A stretch of 64,000 nucleotides of DNA from Candidatus Woesebacteria bacterium (GCA_035450165.1 DAOTMI010000001.1:45888-109887); one strand, 5' to 3'; positions 1-10,024 are shown, counted from the first letter of the stretch. The notes: generated by a model from the sequence alone, not told the origin. Numbers and translations are program-made.

Positions 1-921
1 TGCTTCCAGCCAAAACCTTTATCTTTCAGCCAGATATCAATAATTTTTAACGATTTTTCACCAACATTTCTAGCTCTACTTACTTCAGATCGACCAGCTT
101 TAACCAAATTATCAATCGTACTAAAACCAGCCTTTTTAAGGGCATTGATAACCCTCAAAGGTAATTCAATTTCCTCCACTGACATATCAATTCCCATCGT
201 CGCGGCGGGATTAGCTGATAAAGTTACCACTTCTTCACTAAATTCCCTTGGCTCCACAATCTGATTAAAAGCAGCAACCAAATCTTTAGCCGAATATTTC
301 AAAGCTGTCCTTGGTTCAATCGAACCGTCAGTCCAAATTTCTACCGTTAATTTATCATAATTAGTTTTTTTGCCTAATCGAGTCGGCTCAACCGTATAAT
401 TAACTTTAGTTACCGGCGTAAAGGTAGCATCTAAAATAATCTCGCCGACAATATCAGTTTTCTGCTCCCGGGCCATGGTATAACCTACTCCTGACTCTAC
501 GGTCAACTCCATTTTTAACGATGTCTTTTTATCAGTAATAGTAGCAATAAATTGATCTTTGTTGACAACACGGCACAAATCACTGTCTTCAATATCGGCG
601 GCAGTTACCGGTCCCATTCCTTTTTTATTTAAATAAAGAACTATTGGTTTCTCTGATTTATAAATAAACTTTACTTTTTTAAGATTCAAAGATATTTCTA
701 CCAAATCTTCTTTAATTCCTGGCAAACTGGTAAATAAATGGTTGGCTCCCTCTACCTTAATTCGGGTAATAGCTGCTCCCGGAATTGTTATAAACAAAAC
801 TCTTCGAAGAGAATTACCCAACGTATGGCCAAACCCCATTGGTAATGGACCCATTTCAAACTTGCCGTAATCTTTGGTTTGTTTTACGGTTTTAACATTA
901 AATTTGCTTGTATCAATCATA
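1..921 (-). CDS. rpoA: DNA-directed RNA polymerase alpha subunit, partial. The C-terminus lies beyond the window start.
   Basis: Hand translation of the minus strand from the ATG at 921 gives MIDTSKFNVKTVKQTKDYGKFEMGPLPMGFGHTLGNSLRRVLF..., the canonical RpoA N-terminal domain. It is absent from the ORF track because it runs off the window. It lies directly downstream of rpsD as in the alpha operon. Confidence 0.85.
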
Positions 922-924
922 GTT

Positions 925-1557
925 TTACCTTGAATAATATTCAATAATTAAATTAAGATCAATGTCGGTGGGTAGATCCTCTTTAGTCGGTAAAGAGGTT
1001 ACCTCGACCATTAATTTATTTTTATCTACTTTAAGCCAATTTAACGGCTTAAAATCTTTGGCAGCAACAGGGAGAGATTCACCAAATCCGTCGCTAGTCA
1101 GTTTATCTACAGCAATTATATCTCCTGGTTTAATCTGATAAGAATTAATATTAACCTTTTTGTTGTTAACTAAAATATGTCTATGACTGATAAATTGTTT
1201 TGCCTGAGAACGGGAGGAACTTAAACCAGCCCGATAAACTACATTATCTAAGCGGCGTTCTAAAAGAATCTGTAAATTATCACCAACCAAGCCTTTAAGT
1301 TTTTTAGCTTTAAGATAATAATTTTTGAATTGAGCCTCAGCGACACCATAAAGACGTTTAGCCTTTTGTTTAGCTCGCAACTGCAAACCATAGGCCGAGA
1401 TTTTTGACCTTCTTTTGACTCCATGCATCCCCGGTTGAACTGCTCCTTTCTTTTCAATTGGACATTTAGCACCATCACAACGGCTCCCTTTCAAATAAAG
1501 TTTCTGTCCCTCAGCCCGGCATAAACGACACTTTGAATTAACCGTAATCCTCGACAT
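925..1557 (-). CDS. rpsD: 30S ribosomal protein S4
   Basis: 210 aa with an N-terminal Zn-ribbon (CRLCRAEG...CDGAKC) and an S4 RNA-binding domain. Position matches rpsM-rpsK-rpsD-rpoA order. Confidence 0.92.
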   Translation of the reverse strand: MSRITVNSKCRLCRAEGQKLYLKGSRCDGAKCPIEKKGAVQPGMHGVKRRSKISAYGLQLRAKQKAKRLYGVAEAQFKNYYLKAKKLKGLVGDNLQILLERRLDNVVYRAGLSSSRSQAKQFISHRHILVNNKKVNINSYQIKPGDIIAVDKLTSDGFGESLPVAAKDFKPLNWLKVDKNKLMVEVTSLPTKEDLPTDIDLNLIIEYYSR

Positions 1558-1559
1558 AA

Positions 1560-1946
1560 TTAAATTCTCCTCCTTTTAGGCGGCCGGGGGCCATTATGAG
1601 GTAATGGGGTAACATCGGCAATTTGCTCTATTTCAAAATCTTTTTTAGCTCTCAAAAAACGAAGAGTTGCATCACGACCAACCCCTGGTCCTTTTAAATA
1701 AACCCATAATCTTTTGATCCCCATCGGCTTTACCGCCCCCAAAGCTTTTTCTAAAGCGATCGAAGCAGCAAAGGGAGTGGCCTTCTTAGCCCCCTTAAAA
1801 CCACAATGGCCGGCCGATGACCAGCTTAAAACATTGCCTTTGGGATCAGTAACCGTAACAATAGTGTTGTTAAAAGAAGAGTAAACATAGAGCCGTCCTT
1901 CGGCAAAACTTTTGATTACTTTCTTTTTAATTTTTTCTCCTGTCAT
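1560..1946 (-). CDS. rpsK: 30S ribosomal protein S11
   Basis: 128 aa with S11 motifs (SFNNTIVTVTD, GFKGAKKATPFAA). Confidence 0.92.
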   Translation of the reverse strand: MTGEKIKKKVIKSFAEGRLYVYSSFNNTIVTVTDPKGNVLSWSSAGHCGFKGAKKATPFAASIALEKALGAVKPMGIKRLWVYLKGPGVGRDATLRFLRAKKDFEIEQIADVTPLPHNGPRPPKRRRI

Positions 1947-2398
1947 TATTGTTTACTGGTTTCATCCGTTGGCGTTACGGAGGGAACCGTTTCCCCTTTT
2001 TCTTTTTGTTGGGCGGCTTCAATCTTAGCCCACGCTTCCTTAGTTAACGAACCAACCGTCTTTCGCTTGCCTTTACGAGTCCGGGCATTGGATCTGGTTC
2101 GTTGGCCACGGACCGGCAGACCTATCAAATGACGTAAACCGCGGTAACTTCTAATTGCTTTCAATCGTTCAATATTTTCTCTTATCTCCTTCCTTAAATC
2201 CCCTTCAATTTTATAATTTTCCAAAACTTTCATTAGATCAGCCACTTCTTCCCGAGTCAAATCTTTAATCCGCTTATCAACGGAAATATGGGTAAGGGCT
2301 AATAATTCTCGGGCCATAGCCGGGCCAATGCCATAAAAACTGGTTAAACCAACCTCAGCTCTTTCGTTGTCTGGTATTTCAACTCCTAAAATTCTCAT
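1946..2398 (-). CDS. rpsM: 30S ribosomal protein S13, with a C-terminal extension of about 30 aa
   Basis: MRILGVEIP...GIGPAMA...RGLRHLIGLPVRGQRTRSNARTRKG is S13. A Lys/Glu/Thr-rich tail follows. Confidence 0.9.
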   Translation of the reverse strand: MRILGVEIPDNERAEVGLTSFYGIGPAMARELLALTHISVDKRIKDLTREEVADLMKVLENYKIEGDLRKEIRENIERLKAIRSYRGLRHLIGLPVRGQRTRSNARTRKGKRKTVGSLTKEAWAKIEAAQQKEKGETVPSVTPTDETSKQ

Positions 2399-2403
2399 TA
2401 TAA

Positions 2404-2517
2404 TTACCCCTGTCTTTGGGAATGTTTTTTAATAGGACAAATAACCCGCCGCACTCCTCGGCGAATAACCACCTGACAACTGCGACATCGACGTTTAACA
2501 CTCGACTTAACTTTCAT
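2404..2517 (-). CDS. rpmJ: 50S ribosomal protein L36
   Basis: A 38-codon ORF not in the track. The minus strand translates to [37 protein letters not shown], the classic L36 Zn-ribbon. It lies between rpsM and infA as expected. Confidence 0.8.
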   Translation of the reverse strand: MKVKSSVKRRCRSCQVVIRRGVRRVICPIKKHSQRQG

Positions 2518-2573
2518 AAAATAACTTGGATATTGTAACCTAAAATCGGCTGAATATCAAAGAGTAAATTTAA

Positions 2574-2777
2574 TTAACCACGGTAGACAATTCGACCTTT
2601 TTTACCGTCGGGACTTAAAACTAGAGAAACGGTATCGCCGGCCAAACAGCGGATATGGTTCATTTTAAGTCTACCTGCTGCATAGGCAATAATCACATTG
2701 CCATTTTCGAGTCGAACTCGAAATAAGGCATCAGGTAAAACCTCAACTACTACCCCTTTTATGGTTGGTTCTTTCAT
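2574..2777 (-). CDS. infA: translation initiation factor IF-1
   Basis: 67 aa S1-like OB fold (GVVVEVLPDALFRVRLENGNVIIAYAAGRLK). Confidence 0.9.
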   Translation of the reverse strand: MKEPTIKGVVVEVLPDALFRVRLENGNVIIAYAAGRLKMNHIRCLAGDTVSLVLSPDGKKGRIVYRG

Positions 2778-3379
2778 TATTTTTCAACTAATAAATTAAG
2801 TTTGGTATTAATTAAGGAACAAATATCAGCAAAAATTGGATCAATCGGACGATTACCTTCAATTCTCCAAAGTTTGTTTTTTGACTGAAAATAATCAAGG
2901 ATGGGATTAATAGTTTCTTCGTATGATTTCTGCCTAGCAGCAATACTGGCTGGGGTTTCATCGGTGCGGCCAACATTGGAAAAGCGATGACCTGCCTCGG
3001 CTTGAATTGTTCGTCTCTTGATTATCTCTTCAAAAGTAACATCAAGGTGGATAATTGCATCTATTGCTTGCTGTTTACTAGTTAAATATTGCTCCATCAT
3101 AACTCCTTGATCAAAATGACGAGGAAAACCATCAATAATAAAGTTTTGATTATTAACGGTCTCCAATTTTGCAGTTAATATGCGGTAAATTAGAGGATTA
3201 GGTACCCATCGACCTTGATCTACATAAACCTTAGCTTCCAAACCAAGAACTGATTGCTCAGCCATTTCATCTCTTAATAATTGGCCCATGGAAAAATGGG
3301 TCAAACCATATTTTTCAGCAATCAATTTAGCCTGAGTTGACTTGCCGCAACCAGAGGGACCAATAATAAATAAATTCAT
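2777..3379 (-). CDS. adk: adenylate kinase (short form without Zn lid)
   Basis: P-loop GPSGCGKST, the NMP-binding segment GQLLR, and the LID arginine region. 200 aa. Confidence 0.85.
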   Translation of the reverse strand: MNLFIIGPSGCGKSTQAKLIAEKYGLTHFSMGQLLRDEMAEQSVLGLEAKVYVDQGRWVPNPLIYRILTAKLETVNNQNFIIDGFPRHFDQGVMMEQYLTSKQQAIDAIIHLDVTFEEIIKRRTIQAEAGHRFSNVGRTDETPASIAARQKSYEETINPILDYFQSKNKLWRIEGNRPIDPIFADICSLINTKLNLLVEK

Positions 3380-3382
3380 AAA

Positions 3383-4660
3383 TTAATAGGTTAATTTTTC
3401 ATAATTATAACTTTGGACAACATTTTCAATCTTACGGGTTAACTCAATCACCACCGAAACGATAATTAAAATACCAGTGCCACTGATAGAAAGGGTGGTG
3501 AGTCCAGTTGCTTTCTGAAGTAATGAAGGAACAATGGCGATTAAACCTAAAAAAACAGCCCCAATGGCAATAACCCTGGTAATTAAATACTGGAGCCGGG
3601 TTTGAGTAGAAACACCAGGACGAATGCCGGGAATAAAAGCTCCGGTTTTTCTCAGTTCATCGGCAATATCCTTGGGTTTAAAAATAACTGAGGTATAAAA
3701 AAAGGTAAAAGCAACTACCAAAAGAAAATAAAAAATCACATAAACAGAACTATCGGCCCGAAAAGTTCTGGCTAAAAAAGTTCCAAACTGACCGACACCA
3801 CCTGGGATCCGGCTTAAAAACTGTCCCAACAGAGACGGAATTGTGGCTAAAGAAACAGCAAAGATAATCGGCATTACTCCCGCCGTGTCAACTTTAATTG
3901 GTAAAAAAGTAGTCTGCCCTCTTCGGGCATAATGAACCGGCACCCGTAAAACCGCCTCTTCAACAAAAACTACTCCTAAAATGATTATTAATGCTAGAGC
4001 TAGATAAATAAATATATTAAAAACATTTTGAGAATTGGATAAATCAGTTAAAGAAAAAGTCTGATAGAAACTTACCGGTAAATGAGAAATAATACTACCA
4101 AAAATCATCATGGAAATACCGTTGCCAACTCCGTAAAGATTAATCATTTCTCCCAAAAACACCATAATCATGGTGCCGCTTACCATACTGATCGCCAGAG
4201 CTATTAAAGATAATGGTGACAAAGAAATAATAATTTGCTGGGAACGAAGTAAACTGTACATCCCAATTGATTGAATTAAGGCAATCGGAATAGTAGCGAC
4301 ACGAATATATTGATTAATTCGAGCCCGGCCATATTCTCCTTCCTTTTGCAACTCGGCTAATTGAGGAATCACTAAAGCCAATAATTGCATCATTACTGAA
4401 GCATTGATATATGGATTAAGACCCAGGGCAACGATAGAAAAATTAGCTAAAGTACCGCCGGAAAACATATTCACCAAAGCTAAAATTTGATTCTGATTAA
4501 AAAATTTTTGCATTAAAGCCAAATTAACTCCCGGAACGGGAATATGAGCAATTAAACGAAAGATTACCAACATTGCTAAAGTAAACAAAATCTTTTGACG
4601 TAAAACAGGGATTGTTATCGCTTCTTTATAAACTGAAAGAGAGTGGATCAGCTTATTCAT
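3383..4660 (-). CDS. secY: preprotein translocase subunit SecY
   Basis: 425 aa polytopic membrane protein with 10 predicted TM segments and SecY signature regions. Position after rplO. Confidence 0.9.
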   Translation of the reverse strand: MNKLIHSLSVYKEAITIPVLRQKILFTLAMLVIFRLIAHIPVPGVNLALMQKFFNQNQILALVNMFSGGTLANFSIVALGLNPYINASVMMQLLALVIPQLAELQKEGEYGRARINQYIRVATIPIALIQSIGMYSLLRSQQIIISLSPLSLIALAISMVSGTMIMVFLGEMINLYGVGNGISMMIFGSIISHLPVSFYQTFSLTDLSNSQNVFNIFIYLALALIIILGVVFVEEAVLRVPVHYARRGQTTFLPIKVDTAGVMPIIFAVSLATIPSLLGQFLSRIPGGVGQFGTFLARTFRADSSVYVIFYFLLVVAFTFFYTSVIFKPKDIADELRKTGAFIPGIRPGVSTQTRLQYLITRVIAIGAVFLGLIAIVPSLLQKATGLTTLSISGTGILIIVSVVIELTRKIENVVQSYNYEKLTY

Positions 4661-5045
4661 TTATTTTTTTTCTAGCCGAGGCTGACATTGGTATATCTTT
4701 TAAAACCAATTTCTTCTTAATTTTACCATTAGCTAAAATTTTTACCGGAAAATCAAATTTAACTGTTTCTCCTTCCTTAAAATGGGCTTCTAAATAGTCA
4801 AGACTAACTGCCTGAGGTTTAGTCTTGACTCCAAGACGGTGTTTACCGCGCAAAAACGGCAGTCTTTTAATATAACCCTTTTTAACTTTAGTCCCGTCAA
4901 AAATAAGGGGAACTTTTCCTCTAGATTTATCACCTTTTTGACCACGGCCACTGGTATGACCTCCCTTTTTTGAGCCATATCCCCGTCCTAAACGCCGAGC
5001 TGGTTTATTAGTAATTTTTTCTAAATGTGACAAAATTAAGTTCAT
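4653..5045 (-). CDS. rplO: 50S ribosomal protein L15
   Basis: The probable start is the internal Met (MNLILSHLEKITNKPARRLGRGYGSKKGGHTSGRGQKG...), giving a 4-bp ATGA overlap with the rpsE stop. The longer track ORF (to 5081) is an N-terminal over-extension. Confidence 0.85.
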   Translation of the reverse strand: MNLILSHLEKITNKPARRLGRGYGSKKGGHTSGRGQKGDKSRGKVPLIFDGTKVKKGYIKRLPFLRGKHRLGVKTKPQAVSLDYLEAHFKEGETVKFDFPVKILANGKIKKKLVLKDIPMSASARKKINE

Positions 5046-5488
5046 TCTTGTAAACAACCAAGGGCTTTGAAGGTAGCCCAAACATTTAACGACTTATTCT
5101 TAGAACCAATAATCTTACTTACTATATCCTTAATTCCGGCCAATTCAACCACTGTTCTCACTGATCCGCCAGCAATAATGCCGCTGCCAGCTTTTCCTGG
5201 ACGAAGCAAAACCACCGCACTTTTAAGTTTAATTTTAATTACCTGAGAAATAGTACCATTAACAATGGGAACCTTAATCAAATTTTTCTGGGCTTTCTTA
5301 GTTCCTTTAGCTACGGCATCAGCTACCGACTTAGCTTTCCCTAAACCAACTCCTACTTGACCCTTGCCATCACCTACTACCACTAAGGCCGTAAAATGGA
5401 TTTGATTACCACCTTTAGTTTTCTTGGAAACCCGTTTTATTTCTATTACCTTATTATTTAATTCGGACGTTTCTTTTTCTTCTGTCAT
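5042..5488 (-). CDS. rpsE: 30S ribosomal protein S5
   Basis: 148 aa with an S5 dsRBD and C-terminal domain (GRRFRFTALVVVGD-like: GGNQIHFTALVVVGDGKGQVGVGLGKA). Confidence 0.92.
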   Translation of the reverse strand: MTEEKETSELNNKVIEIKRVSKKTKGGNQIHFTALVVVGDGKGQVGVGLGKAKSVADAVAKGTKKAQKNLIKVPIVNGTISQVIKIKLKSAVVLLRPGKAGSGIIAGGSVRTVVELAGIKDIVSKIIGSKNKSLNVWATFKALGCLQE

Positions 5489-5829
5489 AGTTTTAAACCT
5501 CCTTGTCTAGCCCCCTCGGCAACGGCTTTAATCCGGCCATGATAACGGCTTAGACCACGATCAAATCTAACTTGGTTGATATTTTGTGCTAAGGCCAATT
5601 TAGCCAATTGTTTACCTAACTCAAACGCTTTTTCTGTTTTAGTCCCCTTAGTTTCCTTAAGGTTTTTAGTTGAAAAAGCAACTAAAGTTCGGCCATTTTG
5701 ATCGTCAACAATCTGGGCCCAAAGATGCTGATTACTTCTGAAAACACTCAAGCGGGGTATTTCCTGATTATGACTCAGTTTAGCCCGAACTCTTTTAAGA
5801 CGACGAATTTGATGATCTTTAATTATCAT
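5485..5829 (-). CDS. rplR: 50S ribosomal protein L18
   Basis: 114 aa. RLSVFRSNQHLWAQIVDD... is the L18/L5e fold. Confidence 0.9.
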   Translation of the reverse strand: MIIKDHQIRRLKRVRAKLSHNQEIPRLSVFRSNQHLWAQIVDDQNGRTLVAFSTKNLKETKGTKTEKAFELGKQLAKLALAQNINQVRFDRGLSRYHGRIKAVAEGARQGGLKL

Positions 5830-5831
5830 AG

Positions 5832-6371
5832 TTAAACTTTTGCCTTTTTACCAGCCTTTAACTTAATAAATTCACCTAAATAACGAATTCCCTTACCTTT
5901 ATAAGGCTCGACTTTTCTAATTTTTCGGATATTACTAGCTGTTTGACCAACCACTTCTTTATCAGCACCACTAATAGTAATTTTAGTATCTTCATCAACC
6001 ACGGCGGTAATCCCATCAGGTAAAACCATTTCGACCGGCTTAATATAACCAGCCCAAACTTTTAACTGATTACCATTAATCTGAGCTTTATAACCAGTAC
6101 CTCGAATCTCCAGTTTTTTCTCCCAAGGAACCACTACTCCTTTAACCATATTATTTAATCGGGCCCGAATTGTTCCATGATTAGCTCGAGACTGCCGCTC
6201 ATCGGTTTGACGACTAACCAAAAGAAGATTGTCCTCTATTTTAACTTCAATTTTAGGAGGAAGATGTAATTTTAAATCACCCTTAGGTCCTATCACCTCT
6301 ATTTCTCTCCCTTTCGTTATGATTTTTACTTCATTCGGAACAATAATAGCTTGCTTACCAATTCGACTCAT
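5832..6371 (-). CDS. rplF: 50S ribosomal protein L6
   Basis: 179 aa. MSRIGKQAIIVP...VKI and two L6 alpha/beta repeats. Confidence 0.92.
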   Translation of the reverse strand: MSRIGKQAIIVPNEVKIITKGREIEVIGPKGDLKLHLPPKIEVKIEDNLLLVSRQTDERQSRANHGTIRARLNNMVKGVVVPWEKKLEIRGTGYKAQINGNQLKVWAGYIKPVEMVLPDGITAVVDEDTKITISGADKEVVGQTASNIRKIRKVEPYKGKGIRYLGEFIKLKAGKKAKV

Positions 6372-6390
6372 TTCTTGAAATTTTTAATTT

Positions 6391-6762
6391 TTAATTAATT
6401 TCAGCAATTAATTTACCACCAAGATGAAGTTTAGCTGCCTGACGTTGAGACATAACTCCCTTGGAAGTGGAAATAATAATTAACGAAGACCGACTCTTAC
6501 CCCACGGTATACGGCTGGATTTAGTATAAAGAACTCGCCCTGGGGTAGAAAAAAATCTAACTTCACTAACCCGATTGATCTTTGCCGTCAAAGTTTTTCC
6601 TTCAACCTTATAACTTTCAATAAAACCGTGTTTTTTAAGTAATTCAGAAATGGCCACTAAATGCTTCGAAACAGGAGCAGTAACTGTTTTTTTTCCTGCC
6701 TGTGAGGCATTTTTAAGCCGAATCAGATAATCGTTGACTAAAGATAAGATCATTTTTACCAA
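6391..6762 (-). CDS. rpsH: 30S ribosomal protein S8
   Basis: 123 aa. [15 protein letters not shown] plus a C-terminal S8 domain. Confidence 0.9.
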   Translation of the reverse strand: MVKMILSLVNDYLIRLKNASQAGKKTVTAPVSKHLVAISELLKKHGFIESYKVEGKTLTAKINRVSEVRFFSTPGRVLYTKSSRIPWGKSRSSLIIISTSKGVMSQRQAAKLHLGGKLIAEIN

Positions 6763-6941
6763 CTCGCCTTTTTTACTCCTGGCAGAACCCCTTCTTGGGT
6801 TAACTTTCTAAAACAAAGACGACAAACACCAAAAAAACGAATATAACCTCGGGGCCGACCGCAAAGCTGGCACCGATTGTGATACCTCACCTTATATTTT
6901 AATTTTTTTTGTTCTCTAACTTTTTTTGCTAAAGTAGCCAT
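6756..6941 (-). CDS. rpsN: 30S ribosomal protein S14, type Z (zinc-binding)
   Basis: 61 aa with CQLCGRPRG...CRLCFR, two CxxC pairs. This is the short Zn-type S14. Confidence 0.9.
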   Translation of the reverse strand: MATLAKKVREQKKLKYKVRYHNRCQLCGRPRGYIRFFGVCRLCFRKLTQEGVLPGVKKASW

Positions 6942-6943
6942 AT

Positions 6944-7474
6944 TTATTTTTTCTCAAAAACGCAACCTAGGGCAGATAATAACATTTTTGCCTCTTCTTT
7001 GGAAGCAGTGGTTATATTCAGGGTAATTTGGATTGGTCTGATTTTATTAACCTTATTTAAATTAATTTCCGGAAAATAAGTCTGATCTTTAATAATTAAA
7101 CTATAATTACCTTGATCATCAAACGACGTAGTTGGCAATCCTTTGAAATCGCGTAAACGCGGTAAAACTAAATTAAATAATCTTTCAACAAAATCATACA
7201 TTCTCTTTCCCCGCAGGGTTACTTTTAAAGCCAACGGTTCATTTTTTCTCACCTTAAAGGCTGAGACTGCTTTTTTAGCTCGACAAAGTTTGGGTTTCTG
7301 ACCGGTAATAGCCATTATCTCCTCGACAGCGGCTTGGAGCATTTCCGATGACTCTCGAGCTTCCTTAACCCGGTAATTAACCACCACCTTCTCAAGCCGC
7401 GGTAAAGAAAAAACATTTCTCGTTTTTCCCAACAATTCCGACAATTGTTTATTAATTTCTTTTGGGTCAATCAT
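6944..7474 (-). CDS. rplE: 50S ribosomal protein L5
   Basis: 176 aa with L5 N- and C-domains ([29 protein letters not shown]). Confidence 0.92.
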   Translation of the reverse strand: MIDPKEINKQLSELLGKTRNVFSLPRLEKVVVNYRVKEARESSEMLQAAVEEIMAITGQKPKLCRAKKAVSAFKVRKNEPLALKVTLRGKRMYDFVERLFNLVLPRLRDFKGLPTTSFDDQGNYSLIIKDQTYFPEINLNKVNKIRPIQITLNITTASKEEAKMLLSALGCVFEKK

Positions 7475-7796
7475 GGCGGGTTTTAGTTAAACCAATAAGA
7501 GCTTGGCATTTTTTACAAAATCGGAATTTTTCCCCAGACTTATCAATTTTATAACCTATCCGAGTTGTTTTTTGACAGGAAGGACAAACCAAGGCCACTT
7601 TAGCAACTCTCAAGGGAAATTCTTTTTCGATAATACTACCCTTTTGATCTTTAGTCGCTCTAAGATGTTTCTTAAACAAATTAATTCCTTTCACTACAAC
7701 TGAATCTTTTTTAGGAAATACCTTGATTACCTCGCCTTCACGGCCCTTATCTTTACCAGACAAAATTTTTACCTTATCACCCTTTAAAATTTTCAT
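7467..7796 (-). CDS. rplX: 50S ribosomal protein L24 with a C-terminal C4 zinc-ribbon extension
   Basis: A KOW domain (MKILKGDKVKILSGKDKGREGEVIKV) is followed by CPSC...CKKC. The start is placed at the internal Met, 4 nt after the rplN stop. The track ORF (to 7910) overlaps rplN in another frame and is an over-extension. Confidence 0.85.
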   Translation of the reverse strand: MKILKGDKVKILSGKDKGREGEVIKVFPKKDSVVVKGINLFKKHLRATKDQKGSIIEKEFPLRVAKVALVCPSCQKTTRIGYKIDKSGEKFRFCKKCQALIGLTKTRHD

Positions 7797-7800
7797 TAGA

Positions 7801-8172
7801 TTAATAAACCTCCTTGGCCATTGAAACAATCTTATTAAAGCCCAAATCTTTAATTTCTCTAGCAATGGGTCCAAAAATGCGGGTACCCCGAGGGGCACCG
7901 GTGTTATCAATAATTACTCCGGCATTGTCGGAAAAGCGGATATAAGAACCATCCTTCCGTCCATATTCCTTTTTGGTTCTAACCACGACCATTTTTACCT
8001 TTTCTTTCTTTTTAACCATACTATTGGGAATAGCGTCCTTAACTACTGCCATTACCGTATCACCTATAGTAGCATTTCGGTGAAAATGACCACGATAAAC
8101 ATGGATAATCATCAAAGATCGGGCGCCACAATTGTCAGCGGCTTTAATGATTGATCTTAATTGTAAACTCAT
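7801..8172 (-). CDS. rplN: 50S ribosomal protein L14
   Basis: 123 aa. MSLQLRSIIKAADNCGARSLMIIHV is nearly invariant L14. Confidence 0.93.
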   Translation of the reverse strand: MSLQLRSIIKAADNCGARSLMIIHVYRGHFHRNATIGDTVMAVVKDAIPNSMVKKKEKVKMVVVRTKKEYGRKDGSYIRFSDNAGVIIDNTGAPRGTRIFGPIAREIKDLGFNKIVSMAKEVY

Positions 8173-8180
8173 TTGTGTTC

Positions 8181-8426
8181 TTAATTTTTAACTATAGCTA
8201 CGGTAGTAAAACGTTTTAATTTAGATAAAGGTCTAGTTTCACGAATTTTAACTCTATTTCCAATTTTAGCTTTTAAATTATTTTCTACATAAACCTTTTT
8301 ATTACTCCCTATAATTTTTTTATATAGGGGATGAGTCCGAGCTGTAGTCAGCTCTACCACTATTGTTCCTTCCATCTTATCACTGACAACTACTCCCGTA
8401 AAAAATTTCCCTTTTTTATTTTTCAT
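8181..8426 (-). CDS. rpsQ: 30S ribosomal protein S17
   Basis: 81 aa OB-fold (GVVVSDKMEGTIVVEL...YVENNLKAKIGNRVKIRETRPLSK). Confidence 0.9.
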   Translation of the reverse strand: MKNKKGKFFTGVVVSDKMEGTIVVELTTARTHPLYKKIIGSNKKVYVENNLKAKIGNRVKIRETRPLSKLKRFTTVAIVKN

Positions 8427-8619
8427 CTTTTTTTTCTTTTAATAAAGTTTTGATAAAAGCAATTTCATACCTCATTTTTTTAAAAAGAGAGGTATTTTTA
8501 AGATTACCTATCGCAAATTTCGACTTGCTTTCTAGATATTTTTTTCTGGCTTCCTGAAGCAATTGCTCCAATTCAGTTTTGGTTTTTTGCCGATAGGCAA
8601 TTTTATCAGTTTTTTTCAT
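8416..8619 (-). CDS. rpmC: 50S ribosomal protein L29
   Basis: 67 aa helical protein (KTELEQLLQEARKK...) between L16 and S17. Confidence 0.85.
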   Translation of the reverse strand: MKKTDKIAYRQKTKTELEQLLQEARKKYLESKSKFAIGNLKNTSLFKKMRYEIAFIKTLLKEKKDEK

Positions 8620-9017
8620 AAACGGTTAACAATAATTGAAGTCACTGGTAATTTAATGGCGGCTAAACGCAGGGCCTGTTTAGCTTCTTCCTGACTAACA
8701 CCAGCTACTTCAAAAATAATCCGACCAGGTTTAACCACCGCCACATAACCTTTAACATCACCCTTGCCTGCCCCCATATGACTGCCGCCTTTTTGAGTTA
8801 TTGGCTTATCTGGAAAAATACGACACCACATTCGACCATTTCGTCTGGTCGCATGAGCAATAGCCCGGCGGGCCGCCTCTAATTGATTAGCCGTTATCCA
8901 ACCACACTCAGTAACTTTTAAACCATAATCACCAAAGGCAACTAAATTTCCCCGGCTAATACCGCCCATATGACCTCGAAATTGTTTTCGATATTTAGTT
9001 CGACCTGGTTGCAGCAT
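8616..9017 (-). CDS. rplP: 50S ribosomal protein L16
   Basis: 133 aa. MLQPGRTKYRKQFRGHMGG matches the L16/L10e N-terminus. Confidence 0.93.
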   Translation of the reverse strand: MLQPGRTKYRKQFRGHMGGISRGNLVAFGDYGLKVTECGWITANQLEAARRAIAHATRRNGRMWCRIFPDKPITQKGGSHMGAGKGDVKGYVAVVKPGRIIFEVAGVSQEEAKQALRLAAIKLPVTSIIVNRL

Positions 9018-9024
9018 AAAATTA

Positions 9025-9666
9025 TTAACCTAAATTTAAATAAACTTTAACTCCAATATAACCAGAGCGGGTTAAAGAAGGACATTCAGCATAATCAATC
9101 CGACTTCTAATAGTTGACAAGGGTACTTTACCTTGGGAAAATTTTTCTCGACGGCTGATCTCAGCTCCATTAATCCGGCCGCTTAAAATAACTTTAATTC
9201 CTTTGGCGCCAGCTAACATCGCCTTTTCCATCGCTGAAAGAACCACCCGTCGGTAAGGCATTCTTTTAGCTAATTGAAAAGCAATTTTTTCTGCAATCAA
9301 TTTGGCTGATAAATCAGCATGCTTAAATTCCTCTACCTGAATTTCTAAATTTAATTTAGTGTGATCTTTAGCCATTAACTTATATAATTCCTTTTTTAAA
9401 ACCTCCAATTCTTTACCGCCCCGACCAATAACCAAACCCGGACGACTAACCACAAGAATAACTCTGATTTTTTTATTAGAACGTTCAATTCTCACGGCTA
9501 TAACACCAGCTGCATTTAGTTTCTTTTGAATAAAATCACGGATTTTTTTATCTTCCAATAAAAAGACAACGTAATTTTTACCGTCAGCATACCATGACGA
9601 TTGCCATTTAGGACTATTTTCACCCGTTTCTAATCGATAAGAAATCGGATTAACTTTTTGCCCCAT
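9025..9666 (-). CDS. rpsC: 30S ribosomal protein S3
   Basis: 213 aa. MGQKVNPISYRL plus KH and C-terminal S3 domains. Confidence 0.93.
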   Translation of the reverse strand: MGQKVNPISYRLETGENSPKWQSSWYADGKNYVVFLLEDKKIRDFIQKKLNAAGVIAVRIERSNKKIRVILVVSRPGLVIGRGGKELEVLKKELYKLMAKDHTKLNLEIQVEEFKHADLSAKLIAEKIAFQLAKRMPYRRVVLSAMEKAMLAGAKGIKVILSGRINGAEISRREKFSQGKVPLSTIRSRIDYAECPSLTRSGYIGVKVYLNLG

Positions 9667-10021
9667 AATTTGTTTCTTCGCCAGTTAAACTAATAATTAA
9701 ACGGCTATGACGTTTAATAATAATTCCCCGATTAAAACGGTAGCCATGGGAACGATCCATTCTTTTTATTTTAGTCCCCTCGTCCACTCTTATTTCTTTA
9801 AACTTTAATGAATCAGGGTTGAGATGATAATTATTTTTAGCGTCAGCAATGGCGTTATTTATTGCCAATTTTAGCATTCGGGCGGCTTTAGTATTGACGA
9901 ACTGAAGTCGTTTTACTGTTTCAAAAGGATTTAGTCTTTTTACCTCATTCACCAATAACCGCAACTTTCGCGGCGAAATCTTTAAATCTTTATCGAGATA
10001 AACAACAGTTTTAAGAGCCAT
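9650..10021 (-). CDS. rplV: 50S ribosomal protein L22
   Basis: 123 aa. ISPRKLRLLVNEVKRL...AARML and the beta-hairpin region. Confidence 0.9.
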   Translation of the reverse strand: MALKTVVYLDKDLKISPRKLRLLVNEVKRLNPFETVKRLQFVNTKAARMLKLAINNAIADAKNNYHLNPDSLKFKEIRVDEGTKIKRMDRSHGYRFNRGIIIKRHSRLIISLTGEETNYGAKS

Positions 10022-10024
10022 AGT

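Noticed and set aside
7797-7910. N-terminal extensions of track ORFs for rplX (to 7910), rplO (to 5081) and rmlC (to 21132) that overlap the upstream gene
   Set aside because: Each has an internal Met that aligns with the canonical protein N-terminus and gives the typical 4-nt coupled overlap or short gap. The longer versions read through the neighbouring gene in another frame.
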